DNA of 64,000 bases from Candidatus Parcubacteria bacterium (GTDB taxonomy: Bacteria > Patescibacteriota > Patescibacteriia > UBA1558 > GWA2-36-10): the NCBI GenBank assembly GCA_018669975.1, contig JABHSK010000007.1, positions 128,390 through 192,389 on the forward strand, read 5' to 3'. The translations under genes were made by a program, and so were the position numbers. Below the pieces are notes generated by a model. The model searched no databases and was not told where the DNA came from. It was given only the letters and a program-made list of their open reading frames with translations. Below are positions 28,350 through 38,969 of the stretch, piece after piece; within the stretch, counting starts at the first letter, position 1; each line of letters begins with the position of its first letter.

Positions 28350-30185
28350 TTAACGGCGGGCTCCACCCCACTCTACTACAGTAAAACCATTTCTTTCAGG
28401 TGTAGTTAGTGTTTGTGGTTTGACTTTGACAAGTGTATCTAAACCCTGATAATCCATAAATACACGTATGATGGTATCAGGTTGTGGGTTAATTTCTAAG
28501 GGGGCCAGTCTATCAAATTTAGCTTGAGGTACAAAAGTGATGAAGTAGTATGGCTTTTCTTTCATTAATGGTTCCCAGTATTCAATGAATTCATTATACT
28601 CCTTGGCTATTAAACCCTGCTGTTCTAATTTACTAATTAGAAAACTTTTTATTTCGTTTTGGGCTACAACAAAACCTTCTTGTGGGCGATCGTAGTCTAA
28701 ACCATGTCCTTCCCAAAATAAATATGGATAGGCAGTTTTGTCATCGTAATTATAAAGAATTCCACTTGGTGTTGCTTTAACGAACCAGCCATTTTTATAG
28801 TCGGGCTCGGTAATTGTTAAACCTTTGTTAGGATGTACTTTTACACTAACATCGGTATCTGTTTCTGGATAAAGATATATAACTGGTTTAGCCATTTCTA
28901 CGGCTTGCATAAAGTCTGCATTTTTCATTACCAATAAATCACCAAAAGGGTCTTGCCAAAATAATAATGGTTTGGCATCCAAAAAGTCTTCAAAGGATAA
29001 CTCTTCTTGGCCCTCTGGCACGTATTGTCTTGCATGCATCATCTCTAGCATGCTTTTTTCACTCCCAGGAGTTTCCTTAATAGATTGGTCGGCTAGTTCA
29101 TAGATAGCGTCTCCACTAGGAGTTTGACCAACTTGTTTTAATTGCGACATGTCGTCTATATAATAAGCATAGTCATAACAACCCTCTCCCCAGCCCATAT
29201 TGTATAATCTTTTATAAGAATACTCATTTGTGTTTTGACTACCGTCAGTCCAAGTAAAATTAAGTATTTCTGGATTAACGTGTATTCTAGTGTTTTCTAC
29301 AGACTCACCTTTAAAGTCTAGATCTAAATAATAGTTAGTTACACTGCCATCATCAGCTGTGCTGAAAAAGCAGTTGTTATATTTATAAATATCACCACCA
29401 TCATAGGTAAAAAGTTTTTCAGGGTTATTATAGGTATTAGCCATTCTAAAGCCTTCCTCGCCAATTTTTTTCAATTGTAAATCAGAGTTTGGTACATTAA
29501 TGTTTACTGGTGTCTCTACATTAGTAATTGTTATTTCATTATTGATACTAGTAAATAATTTTTCATGTGCGCTATGTGGACTGGCATCATCTGAATGTTT
29601 TGTCAGTAGTATGGTGTTGCGATCAGCATCTTTAATTACTCTATATAGGTTGTCGCGAAAAGCTATGCCATCAGGTCTGACCGATACCATGTATAGAGTA
29701 TTATCTTGGTAGGGTCCTTGCTCTACAGTACCAATTTTATAGACTTTTACTCTATCCATGAGAGATTCATAGGTGCCAGAAAAATCTTCTTCAGCCTCCA
29801 AAATAGGTTTAAGTTCAAGGCCGTTAAATACATCATAATGATTTACAATGGTAGGCCATTCGTTCCAACTCATAAATATTTCGCCTTCAGTTAAGTCTAT
29901 ATTAACATCGTCATCTTGATTGTTATCTATTATCTCACCATCTACTGTTGTATTATTATCTAGAATATCATCATCAGTATTAGTAATATTAACTACTGGT
30001 GGTGTGAATGGTGCGGGTTTTGAGTCTTCTTTTTTATTAAACAAAAGGTATAGGGTTAGTGCATTACCAACAACTAGTACTACAACTAGTATACTGAGGA
30101 CAATTTTTAAGCCACCTGATTTTGGTTGAGGTGGTGTTGGATTTTCTGTTGTTGTCTCTTGTTGATTGGCGTAATGTATTCCCAT
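28350..30185 (-). CDS. Membrane-anchored hypothetical protein with C-terminal KPVIYLYP...VVEWGG domain
   Basis: N-terminal TM; KPVIYLYP, YLFWE, IRVFM, VVEWGG motifs. Confidence 0.8.
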   Translation of the reverse strand: MGIHYANQQETTTENPTPPQPKSGGLKIVLSILVVVLVVGNALTLYLLFNKKEDSKPAPFTPPVVNITNTDDDILDNNTTVDGEIIDNNQDDDVNIDLTEGEIFMSWNEWPTIVNHYDVFNGLELKPILEAEEDFSGTYESLMDRVKVYKIGTVEQGPYQDNTLYMVSVRPDGIAFRDNLYRVIKDADRNTILLTKHSDDASPHSAHEKLFTSINNEITITNVETPVNINVPNSDLQLKKIGEEGFRMANTYNNPEKLFTYDGGDIYKYNNCFFSTADDGSVTNYYLDLDFKGESVENTRIHVNPEILNFTWTDGSQNTNEYSYKRLYNMGWGEGCYDYAYYIDDMSQLKQVGQTPSGDAIYELADQSIKETPGSEKSMLEMMHARQYVPEGQEELSFEDFLDAKPLLFWQDPFGDLLVMKNADFMQAVEMAKPVIYLYPETDTDVSVKVHPNKGLTITEPDYKNGWFVKATPSGILYNYDDKTAYPYLFWEGHGLDYDRPQEGFVVAQNEIKSFLISKLEQQGLIAKEYNEFIEYWEPLMKEKPYYFITFVPQAKFDRLAPLEINPQPDTIIRVFMDYQGLDTLVKVKPQTLTTPERNGFTVVEWGGARR

Positions 30186-30238
30186 GGTAAGAATTTTAAA
30201 AGTTAAAAAACGGATTTACCATCCGTTATTATTTTATA

Positions 30239-31507
30239 TTAAGGTAAATAATTTAAAGCATTAACTGGTATACCATTTACGCGTAACTCGAAATGAAGAT
30301 GTGGGCCAGTAGAAAATGGACCAGCTCCTCGAGTACCTGGCATACCACCACTGTAACCAATAATTTGTCCTTTACTGACAAACTGATCTTCAGATATGCT
30401 GATTCTATTAACATGACCATAAACAGTAGACATTTTATTAGCATGCACTACCATAAGATAGCTATAGCCATATTGTCCACCATCTTTAGCTCGAGCTACG
30501 TAACCAGATTCAGCAGCTCTAATTGGGCTACCTTGCGGGGAAGCTATGTCAATGGCTGTATGTTCAAAAATATAACGGTAAGGATAATCAGGGTCATGGA
30601 AATATGCAGTTACTATACGAGAAGAAATTGGCCACATTATACCATCACTTTCTATGGCCTCTAACTCTAATTGACGATTGAGTTTTTCTCGAGCAACTTT
30701 TTCTAAGTAGACAATATCATTATTGATTTGTTCTTGCTCTTCCCTGACCTGTTGTAATAGTTCTTGAAATTTTGATTCTTGACCAGCAGTAATTGATAAA
30801 AGATTGTATTTGCTTGTTTTTTGACCCTCTAAAGAGCCTACTTTATTATCTAAAACACCCTTGAGGGTATCTAACTCAATTTTTTCATCTTCTAGTGAGT
30901 TTTTGTCGGAATGTAGGGCCATTTTAACTGTATTAAGCTCCTCTACTCCATCAACTAGTGTGTCTTGCATGTCTTCTAGTCTTTCTAGTTCTGCCATAAA
31001 GTCACTGAAACTATCATTGAGAATTAATACTTCTAACAAGCTACTTTTTTGTTGTTCACGATGTAGGGTTCTAATTATTTCAGCAATAATTTCTTTTTCC
31101 TCGTCTATTTCTTTTTCCTTAGCCTGAATTTTTAATTCAGTATTTTCCATTTTTAGATTAAGTGTTTCAACTTCCAGGTTTATCTTTTCAATTTCTAGAT
31201 TAATTTTAGCCATACTTTCATTGAGAGTGCTAACTTGATTGGAAAGACTATTTAACTCTCTTTGTTTGGCTGATATATTTTTTTTGTAAACATCTATTTG
31301 ACGTTTGAGATCTTGAATTTCTGATCTTTTTTCGTTGATATCTTGATTGATTTGCCATCTTTCGACATCGTCTATATTATCCATGGTAAACTCAACTGCC
31401 AAAATATTTCCAGCGTAAAAAAACACACTTAAAAAAGTGAGGCTTATGGCTACAAATATTAGTTTAGGAGATTTTATTTTTGAAAATTTAAGCATGGAAT
31501 TGAGCAT
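30239..31507 (-). CDS. Coiled-coil M23 peptidase (murein hydrolase)
   Basis: HTAIDI, YGH, STGPHLHFE. Confidence 0.9.
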   Translation of the reverse strand: MLNSMLKFSKIKSPKLIFVAISLTFLSVFFYAGNILAVEFTMDNIDDVERWQINQDINEKRSEIQDLKRQIDVYKKNISAKQRELNSLSNQVSTLNESMAKINLEIEKINLEVETLNLKMENTELKIQAKEKEIDEEKEIIAEIIRTLHREQQKSSLLEVLILNDSFSDFMAELERLEDMQDTLVDGVEELNTVKMALHSDKNSLEDEKIELDTLKGVLDNKVGSLEGQKTSKYNLLSITAGQESKFQELLQQVREEQEQINNDIVYLEKVAREKLNRQLELEAIESDGIMWPISSRIVTAYFHDPDYPYRYIFEHTAIDIASPQGSPIRAAESGYVARAKDGGQYGYSYLMVVHANKMSTVYGHVNRISISEDQFVSKGQIIGYSGGMPGTRGAGPFSTGPHLHFELRVNGIPVNALNYLP

Positions 31508-31557
31508 AATAAGTATATGTTATTATACCATAAAATGTATAATGTGGCAAAATATTT

Positions 31558-32988
31558 TTATTTTAATTTGTTTAAAGCCAGCTTAATTCTATTTAAGCTT
31601 TCTTCTTTACCTAATACTTCTAAAATTTCAGAAGGAGATGGACTTTTTTCTTGTCCAGATAAAGCTACTCGGACTGGCCAAAATATATCGCCAGGTGTAA
31701 GACCATGTTTGCCAGCAATATCTTCCAAGGTTTGATTGAGGTTTTCTAAAGTCCAATCTTTGTCATTTAACTTAGCTAAACTGCCCAAGGATAGGTTTAA
31801 GCCTTGGTCAGTTTTTTCACTGTCACTTTTTTTAAAGACTAACATATCGGCTGTGTATGCGGGTAATTTAAATAGAAAAGCGCTAAGCTCAGATATCTCT
31901 GATAAATGATTGATTCGACTACCAAATAATTTTAAAGCATCTTCAGCTCCATCTTCGTGACCCTGTAGATAGCCCTGGCTTTGTTTGATTAATTGTTGAT
32001 AACGTTCCCCAGCTTCAGAAATTATTCGACGGATATATTCAGCATTAAACCAGTTTAATTTGTTAACATCAAAAACAGCGCCTGCTTTGTTTATTTTTTC
32101 TAGAGAAAATTGTTCAATCAGTTGGTTGATCAAAAATAGTTCTTGATCAGTGCCCGGATTCCAGCCTAGCAGTGCTACATAGTTTAATAATGCTTCAGGT
32201 AAATATCCTTTTTTTATAAAATCTTCTACAGCTACATCACCCTGACGTTTTGATAATTTACTTTTATCAGGATTGAGTAGTAGGGGTAGATGTACAAATT
32301 CTGGCAATGGATAACCAAGAGCTTGGTATAGTAAAATGTGTTTAGGTAATGATGGTAACCACTCCTCACCCCTAATCACATGGGAGATGCCCATGGTGTA
32401 GTCATCAACAATATTGGCTAGATGATAAGTGGGATAGTTGTCTGTTTTTATCAATACAAAATCATCTAAATCCTCTGTTTTTACGGATATTTTTCCATAA
32501 ACAATATCTTTGGCTTGAACTATTTGATCTTTAGGTATTTTGAAACGAACAACGTGTTTATCACCAACAGATTTTAATCTTTGTGCTACCTCGTCTTTAC
32601 TTAAATGTCGGCAATGGCCATCATATTTTGGCACTTGCTTGTTAGCTTGTTGCTCTTGGCGTAATCTGTCTAGTCGCTCACTGCTACAAAAACAAGGATA
32701 AGCTAAGCCTTTACTGATTAGTTTGTTGGCTGCTTTTTCATAAAGAGCCAGTCTGTTTGATTGGTGCTCGATTTTTCCGTCAGGTCTAAGACCGAGGCTT
32801 TCTAGGGTTTCTAATAAAGCATCAGCTGCACCTTCGACTAGTCTTTGTTGGTCGGTATCCTCAATACGCAAAATAAACTCGCCATTATTTTGTTTGGCAA
32901 ACAAATAATTAAATAAAGCTGTGCGTAGGCTGCCGATATGTAGGTAGCCAGTGGGACTGGGAGCAAATCTAGTTCTTATTTTTTTCAT
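31558..32988 (-). CDS. gltX: Glutamate--tRNA ligase
   Basis: RFAPSPTGYLHIGS, KLSKR. Confidence 0.97.
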   Translation of the reverse strand: MKKIRTRFAPSPTGYLHIGSLRTALFNYLFAKQNNGEFILRIEDTDQQRLVEGAADALLETLESLGLRPDGKIEHQSNRLALYEKAANKLISKGLAYPCFCSSERLDRLRQEQQANKQVPKYDGHCRHLSKDEVAQRLKSVGDKHVVRFKIPKDQIVQAKDIVYGKISVKTEDLDDFVLIKTDNYPTYHLANIVDDYTMGISHVIRGEEWLPSLPKHILLYQALGYPLPEFVHLPLLLNPDKSKLSKRQGDVAVEDFIKKGYLPEALLNYVALLGWNPGTDQELFLINQLIEQFSLEKINKAGAVFDVNKLNWFNAEYIRRIISEAGERYQQLIKQSQGYLQGHEDGAEDALKLFGSRINHLSEISELSAFLFKLPAYTADMLVFKKSDSEKTDQGLNLSLGSLAKLNDKDWTLENLNQTLEDIAGKHGLTPGDIFWPVRVALSGQEKSPSPSEILEVLGKEESLNRIKLALNKLK

Positions 32989-32997
32989 ATGTTTGAA

Positions 32998-33732
32998 TTA
33001 TACTCTTTTTTTATAAAGATATCTATCTTTTATTACTAACCAAGGAAATATAAATATAGCTCGGTGGATTCTTTTTAAACGCCAGGGTTGTCTCAAAAAT
33101 CTCCACAACCATTCTAAGCCGAAACTACGCATGACTTTTGGTGCTCTTTTAATGCGTCCAGAAATGAAATCAAAAGTACCGCCCACACCTACACCAATTT
33201 TGACAGATGGTATTTTATGCATATTTTCCCAAATCCAAATATCCTGTTGTGGAGCACCGAAACCAGTTAAAATTATATGTGGTGCAAATATACGAGCCTT
33301 TTCCAAGGCTGATTTTTCATCGGCTACCTGAAAATCAAGTTCCGGGTATTTTTCTTTTATTGATATAAAAAAGTCATTTGGTTTACTTAAACCTTTGCTA
33401 TATAGGCAAAATAGAACTTTGTGATTGGAGTTGATAGCTTGATTTAAAAGTATTTCAGTCAATTGAACACCAGTCATCCTTTGTTCCAATGATATATCGT
33501 GACCTATCAGCTGCATTAGTTTGATAATACCTGAACCATCGATAGTGGATAAGCTAGCTTCATTGATGATGTTTTTGAATTTTTTATTTTTTTGGGCAGA
33601 GACTATAAACTCTGGATTAACTGTAACGATTTGGTGTTGGTTATCTGAATTTAAAAAAGTATGCAGCGTATCTTTTACTACATGCTCGGGCGCAGTTTGG
33701 ATTTTTACTCCTAGAAGTTTATATGTTTTCAT
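32998..33732 (-). CDS. WecB/TagA/CpsF glycosyltransferase
   Basis: TVNPE, GAPQQD, GVGGTFD, RAP..GLEWLWR; start at 33732 or 33747. Confidence 0.9.
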   Translation of the reverse strand: MKTYKLLGVKIQTAPEHVVKDTLHTFLNSDNQHQIVTVNPEFIVSAQKNKKFKNIINEASLSTIDGSGIIKLMQLIGHDISLEQRMTGVQLTEILLNQAINSNHKVLFCLYSKGLSKPNDFFISIKEKYPELDFQVADEKSALEKARIFAPHIILTGFGAPQQDIWIWENMHKIPSVKIGVGVGGTFDFISGRIKRAPKVMRSFGLEWLWRFLRQPWRLKRIHRAIFIFPWLVIKDRYLYKKRV

Positions 33733-33736
33733 AATT

Positions 33737-34285
33737 CTAAATATCAAAAGTCTGCAGTACGGTGTATTCGGGTCCTTTTTTGCTTAGGACACTTTCTTGC
33801 AATTCAAAATTAACAACAGTAAATATTTTTTTTATTTTCCAATCACTAAAACTTTTAAATTCTTCAATGGGAGCTGTTGTTTTGATTCTAGCCAAAGTAA
33901 TGTGTGGATTAAATTTTCGTACTTCTTTATGCGCTAATCCAGCATCAAATAAAGCTTGCTCTATTGCATCGTATAATTGTTGTAATTCTGGGCTATCTAC
34001 AAAATCTAATCGTAAAATACGTGGTTTATTAGGATCTACAATAGAGGTTTTATTGATGTGTAATTCAATTGGATCAATGTTTTCTATGGTAGACAGAGCT
34101 TCTATGCATGCAGGGATTTTGTCGATGGGAACATCTCCTAAAAATTTTAGGGTCAGATGTAATATTTCAGGATTAACTGGCCTGAGCATTTCCCAGGGTA
34201 AATTTAATGCTTGAAATTTCTTTTGGATGTCCTTGCTTATTCCAGGATCTAGCGAGACACTTATAAACAATCTTATATTTTCCAT
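33737..34285 (-). CDS. thpR: RNA 2',3'-cyclic phosphodiesterase (2H family)
   Basis: RLFI, HLTLKFLG, PHITLAR. Confidence 0.9.
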   Translation of the reverse strand: MENIRLFISVSLDPGISKDIQKKFQALNLPWEMLRPVNPEILHLTLKFLGDVPIDKIPACIEALSTIENIDPIELHINKTSIVDPNKPRILRLDFVDSPELQQLYDAIEQALFDAGLAHKEVRKFNPHITLARIKTTAPIEEFKSFSDWKIKKIFTVVNFELQESVLSKKGPEYTVLQTFDI

Positions 34286-34421
34286 GCCTTGATTCTAGCT
34301 TAAATAGGGTGAAAAATCAATATTTTCTAGGGGGATACTTTTCAACAAAATCCAGTGGCGTTAGACCTGTTTTTTTGGTATAATATATAGACCAATAAAA
34401 TTAATTAAAGAATAAATTATT

Positions 34422-35888
34422 ATGAACGGGTCGTTAAAGAAAACAACAGTTATTATTAGTTTGCTTAGTTTAATTTTTCCTAGCCTAAGTCAAGCTGCTG
34501 AAACAAATTATAATTATGTTATTTCTGATCAGGAGTTCAATGACCATACTAGTATGGACAAAAAAGAAATACAGAGTTTTTTATCAGATCAGGGTGGTTA
34601 TTTAGCGACTTATAGTAAATCAGGAAACAATCCGTCCCCTGCTCAATTAGCTTTAAATCCAGATAAAAAATATCCTCAAACTAGAACTGCAGCAGAGATT
34701 ATTTATAATTCAGCTCAAGAAACAAAGATTAATCCTCAGTTTCTATTGACTATGTTGCAAAAAGAAATGAGTCTAATTACATTGACTGATCCAGAGCCAA
34801 ATCGTTTGAAATATGCCATGGGATATGCTTGTCCAGATAGAGGTGGTTGTGATTGGAGTAAGAGTGGTTTTGGGATGCAAGTCAGGGCATCTGCTCAGCA
34901 ATTTAGGTGGGATGTGGATCATATAAATGAATTATCTTGGCGTCCTGGAAAACAAGCTTGTGCAGAAGATCCGAATCCATATTTACCATGTACTTCAAGG
35001 GGCGTAATAGTAACTCCAGAAAATGCCATTACAGCTGCTATGTATCGTTATACACCACATATCGCTGGTAATATGCAGTTTAAAAATATATGGGGAGAAT
35101 TTGGTTTTGGTGGAGTGATTATTGATCCTGAGATTTTGAGTGGTATATTCCCTCATGGCTCTTTAATTAAAGCCAAAGACGGTGATGATTTGGAATCAGT
35201 TTATTTGATTGTCAATGGTAAAAAGAGATTATTTGAATCAGAGGGTGCTCTAGTATCACGTTTTGATCCCAATAAGGTTTTATTGGTTGCTAGCGAGGAA
35301 TTATTAAAGTATGACGATGGTGCACCAATACAACATATCAATTTTTCAGTTTTGCAGACACCGAATGGTGATAAATATTTAATTGATGGTTTGCAAAAGA
35401 GATTAATAACTTCCGATGAAGCTTTCCGACAATTGGGCTTTAATCCAGCTGAGATTGTTGAAGTTAGCGATGATGAACTAGATAGTTTAGATGATGGGGC
35501 TGATTTAGAAGAAGGTAACGCCAGTCCTCTTCAAGAGATAATGCAAGACATGACTATTGGTAGTATCTATTACGTTAAAGATGGTAATAAATGGAGTGTG
35601 ATAGATATGGATATTTTGGAATTAAATCATCCTGGCGTAGCTCCTAAAGAAGTAACTACCAAAACTTTGGAGCAATTTGAATATATGGGAGCTCTAAAGT
35701 TGACGGATGGTACTCTGATTAAAAAGGACTTAGATAAAGATGTGTATGTAGTTTCAGCTGGTGAACGTCGTTTGATACCAGATGGAAACACCTTTGAAAC
35801 TTTGGGATACCAATGGGGAAATGTTGTTACAGTGTCTAAGAAGGTTATGAATTTTCACAAGTTGGGCACACAATTAGAAAGCTTATAA
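34422..35888 (+). CDS. Secreted protein: probable lysozyme-like domain plus C-terminal repeats
   Basis: Signal peptide; INPQFLL..LQKE.SL, AMGY.CPD, YRYTPH; repeated VY.I..G.KR units. Confidence 0.65.
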   Translation: MNGSLKKTTVIISLLSLIFPSLSQAAETNYNYVISDQEFNDHTSMDKKEIQSFLSDQGGYLATYSKSGNNPSPAQLALNPDKKYPQTRTAAEIIYNSAQETKINPQFLLTMLQKEMSLITLTDPEPNRLKYAMGYACPDRGGCDWSKSGFGMQVRASAQQFRWDVDHINELSWRPGKQACAEDPNPYLPCTSRGVIVTPENAITAAMYRYTPHIAGNMQFKNIWGEFGFGGVIIDPEILSGIFPHGSLIKAKDGDDLESVYLIVNGKKRLFESEGALVSRFDPNKVLLVASEELLKYDDGAPIQHINFSVLQTPNGDKYLIDGLQKRLITSDEAFRQLGFNPAEIVEVSDDELDSLDDGADLEEGNASPLQEIMQDMTIGSIYYVKDGNKWSVIDMDILELNHPGVAPKEVTTKTLEQFEYMGALKLTDGTLIKKDLDKDVYVVSAGERRLIPDGNTFETLGYQWGNVVTVSKKVMNFHKLGTQLESL

Positions 35889-35896
35889 TTTAAACT

Positions 35897-36685
35897 ATGA
35901 TATCCTTTGCTTGTTTTGTACCCCATGCTCCGGTTTTGATTCCGGAGGTGGGACAAAAAAATTTGGACAAATTGTCTGATACTATAAAATCATATCAATA
36001 TTTGGAGCATGAAATATATGCAGCTAAACCAGATATAATTTTAGTTATTTCTCCACATGCAGAAAAACGTGAGGGTGCTTTTACTATCAATCAACAACCC
36101 AAGTTAAAATTGGATTTTAAAGATTTTGGTGACTTAGTGACTAACTTAGAGTTTGATAATGAGATTGGTTTTGGTTATCAAGTTAAGGAATCTTGTGAAG
36201 AATACTTTCCGATTATTTTGACTGCCAATGAATTGTTGGATTATGGTAGTGGTGTACCACTTTATTTTTTGGCTAGAAATTTACCAGGTATCAAGGTAAT
36301 TAATATTGGTTTTTCAAACTTAAGCAATGAAGATCATATTAAGTTTGGTGAAATTCTAAAGGAACAAATCAATTTATCTGGAAAACGTGTAGCTGTGGTT
36401 GCTTCTGGTGATTTGTCACACAAACTACACCAGGATTCCCCAGCAGGATACTCTGCTCGAGGGCAGGAATTTGATCAGAGAATGATGGAATTACTCAGGG
36501 ACAGAAAGGTAGAAGAGATAGCTAAATTAGATAAGGAATTGGTTAAAGAGGCAGGAGAGTGTGGTTATCGTTCCCTATTGATATTATTGGGAATTATGAA
36601 GAATATCAATTATATACCAGAAAAACTTAGTTATCAGTCCCCTTTTGGTATAGGTTATTTGGTAGAAAATTTTAAGATTGGCTAA
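35897..36685 (+). CDS. LigB/AmmeMemoRadiSam-B-like protein
   Basis: PHAP, ISPH, LDYG..VPL, ASGDLSH, ECG, PFGIGY. Confidence 0.85.
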   Translation: MISFACFVPHAPVLIPEVGQKNLDKLSDTIKSYQYLEHEIYAAKPDIILVISPHAEKREGAFTINQQPKLKLDFKDFGDLVTNLEFDNEIGFGYQVKESCEEYFPIILTANELLDYGSGVPLYFLARNLPGIKVINIGFSNLSNEDHIKFGEILKEQINLSGKRVAVVASGDLSHKLHQDSPAGYSARGQEFDQRMMELLRDRKVEEIAKLDKELVKEAGECGYRSLLILLGIMKNINYIPEKLSYQSPFGIGYLVENFKIG

Positions 36686-36748
36686 TATAGATTATATTTA
36701 TGAAAACCGCCTTTTTAGGTGGTTTTTTTGTTATTTGCGTATTTATTA

Positions 36749-36777
36749 TTGACAATTTATAATATTTATGGTATAGT
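36749..36777 (+). promoter_or_regulatory. sigma70 promoter of orphan cassette
   Basis: TTGACA-17-TATAGT. Confidence 0.75.
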
Positions 36778-36826
36778 GCTTGGTTCGATAATTGACTGAA
36801 CCTTCACACAAAAAAGGAGAAACGAC

Positions 36827-37672
36827 ATGCGTCGTATTTTTTTGCATGATAACCTGGACATCGATGCTGTTGCTAGTGCTTGGGCAGCAGAACGTTTTAT
36901 CCCTGGTTTCAAGGATGCTACCTTTGCTTTTCGTCCGGCTGACTATGATGGCCACGAAATGGATGAGGGTGATATCGCTGTCGATATGACAATTGGTATC
37001 AAGGGTAAGCTTGACGATGATGGCACGCAGCACTCCTCTTTCGCTAGCATCATTGCCCAGTATGCCCCGCTTGAGGATCAGGCTGCTTTGCATCCCCTGG
37101 TCACCTTCATCGATGCGCAGGACAGTTATGGTTCTGCTATCAAGCACATGGTGCCCGATATCGATGATGATGCTCTGAATATTCTTTCCACTGTCACAGT
37201 TAGCTCGGTTCTCCGGGCTTTGCAGAATACCAACCAGAGAAACGATCGCTCCGTGCTTTATAAGATGCTGATGATTTTTGATGGCCTGTTTGGCTGTGGT
37301 AAGGCTCGGCAGGAAGCTGAGAAAGAGGCCGATCAGGCTGAGCTTTTGGCCGATGGTCAGGTAGCTATCGTCGACAATTCTCGGCGTTATGCCACCAACA
37401 GTATTCTTTTCAACCGCGGTGTGCGTGCGATCATCTACATTGATGATTACAATCTGGGAGTTGTTCGTAGCAGCGAAGAAGCTTTCCGGGCTGATGATCC
37501 CCGTATTTGTGCGGTAGTTGAGGCTGCTGGTGAGTTCGATGAGTGGTTTGCCCACTCTGCTGGTTTCCTGTTCTGCCGTGGTAGTCGTAAGTCTCGACAG
37601 ACTTCTCCTTCTCAGGTCAATCCTCGTGATTTGGCCCAGGCTTTGGTAGATGTTGTTTCTACTGCTGCCTAA
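36827..37672 (+). CDS. Putative MYG1/DHH-like phosphoesterase, GC-rich
   Basis: H..LDIDA N-terminal motif, IDAQD.YG, FAHSAGFL; AAGGAG SD. Confidence 0.5.
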   Translation: MRRIFLHDNLDIDAVASAWAAERFIPGFKDATFAFRPADYDGHEMDEGDIAVDMTIGIKGKLDDDGTQHSSFASIIAQYAPLEDQAALHPLVTFIDAQDSYGSAIKHMVPDIDDDALNILSTVTVSSVLRALQNTNQRNDRSVLYKMLMIFDGLFGCGKARQEAEKEADQAELLADGQVAIVDNSRRYATNSILFNRGVRAIIYIDDYNLGVVRSSEEAFRADDPRICAVVEAAGEFDEWFAHSAGFLFCRGSRKSRQTSPSQVNPRDLAQALVDVVSTAA

Positions 37673-37681
37673 AGTAAGTAT

Positions 37682-37711
37682 GCCGGGAGCGCGTAGCGTT
37701 CCCGGTTTTTT
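37682..37711 (+). terminator. Intrinsic terminator
   Basis: GCCGGGAGCGC/GCGTTCCCGGT plus T-run. Confidence 0.8.
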
Positions 37712-37864
37712 ATTGGCTAATATTGACAAAAATAGTTATTTTGGTTAAATTTATCTATTATTTAGCACCTTAAAATCATCTATTTTCTCTAAAAAGGAGA
37801 CTTTGATGTTTAGCTATATTATCTATGAGTCAGTTACGGATAACTCAAGACTGGAGGGAAGGTC

Positions 37865-38185
37865 ATGTTAAAAATCGTTAAGCATCACAATGTCAGTGAT
37901 CCCGGTGGTAAAGAAGGACCACACCCGCACTACGGTAAATTTATTTGCACCATCACCGAGGCAGCTGAGCATAATTTGATTGCTCTTTTTATTGAGCAGG
38001 TATGGAATCAGGTTGGTGATGAAACTGTATCTGTTAGTATGAATATAACTGACGATGAAACGATTTTCTGGGTTAATGCCAATACCCCTGAAAAGGTAAT
38101 TCAGGTCATCGACACAGTGACTGATGGCATGATAAAGCCCCGCTTCAAGAACGAAGGTTTTACTGTGGAAGTAGAAGAAAAATAA
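37865..38185 (+). CDS. Hypothetical protein
   Basis: GGAGG SD, own promoter 37723-37751 and terminator near 38184-38207. Confidence 0.7.
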   Translation: MLKIVKHHNVSDPGGKEGPHPHYGKFICTITEAAEHNLIALFIEQVWNQVGDETVSVSMNITDDETIFWVNANTPEKVIQVIDTVTDGMIKPRFKNEGFTVEVEEK

Positions 38186-38236
38186 AAACAGGGCTTCCCC
38201 TGTTTTATTGAGCCGTTTGGTTTTACCAGCGGCTTT

Positions 38237-38710
38237 TTATATTAATGTTTTTTTAAGAGGTTGTATTTTAAGACCATGAAACATTCGTTGCCCAGTTGTT
38301 TTTTTATAACCCAGTCTTCTATAAAATTTATCAGCGTATATAGAGGCTCTGATTTTTATATATTCGGATCCTTTTTGTTTAGCACTCGCCTCAAACATTT
38401 TCATTAGTCTTTTGCCTATGCCTTGTCTGTGGCAACAACCATCTACAAATAAATTACTAACTCGATGTCGACTGCCACGAACTACGCCCACAATTTTAAT
38501 ACCATTCAAGGCCACATAAATAATTTCAGCATTAGCAAATCTTTCCTCTAGTTCTTTTAATCGGTCAGGTGTCTTGGCGCTAAAGTAATTTATATATCTA
38601 TCGACTGCTTTGGGATTGCCTTCATCACTGCAAAATTGTTCATAAGTCCTAGCTACTAGCGCTGCCACAGTTTTAGTGTCAGCTCTTTTGAACTTCCGGA
38701 TTGTTATCAT
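38237..38710 (-). CDS. GNAT acetyltransferase
   Basis: LFV..HRQGIGKRLM, A.KFY..LGY. Confidence 0.88.
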   Translation of the reverse strand: MITIRKFKRADTKTVAALVARTYEQFCSDEGNPKAVDRYINYFSAKTPDRLKELEERFANAEIIYVALNGIKIVGVVRGSRHRVSNLFVDGCCHRQGIGKRLMKMFEASAKQKGSEYIKIRASIYADKFYRRLGYKKTTGQRMFHGLKIQPLKKTLI

Positions 38711-38969
38711 TTTTTTGTCCTATTAGTTTAAAAAAGTATTTCCATTGTTCTCTGCCCTCGGCCAACTCTTTGGTGTCATCTAGGCATTTTTCGACAAAAT
38801 TTTTATCTAGATCTTTGCAGATTTTAAAGACTGAATTCCTTTTAAAACCAGGCACAGCTAAGTCCTTAATGATTTTTAAAGCAAAATCTTGCCATTGATA
38901 AGCAGGCGCTTGCTTAACTGGTTTTTTGTCCTGTTTTTTATCTTGAAATATGTCGGCTATTTGTTGCAT
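38679..38969 (-). CDS. Hypothetical protein
   Basis: Host-like composition; extended -10 six nt before ATG. Confidence 0.7.
   Translation of the reverse strand: MQQIADIFQDKKQDKKPVKQAPAYQWQDFALKIIKDLAVPGFKRNSVFKICKDLDKNFVEKCLDDTKELAEGREQWKYFFKLIGQKNDNNPEVQKS

Noticed and set aside
36746-37729. 327-aa minus-strand ORF
   Set aside because: Antisense shadow of 36827-37672, which has the promoter, SD and terminator
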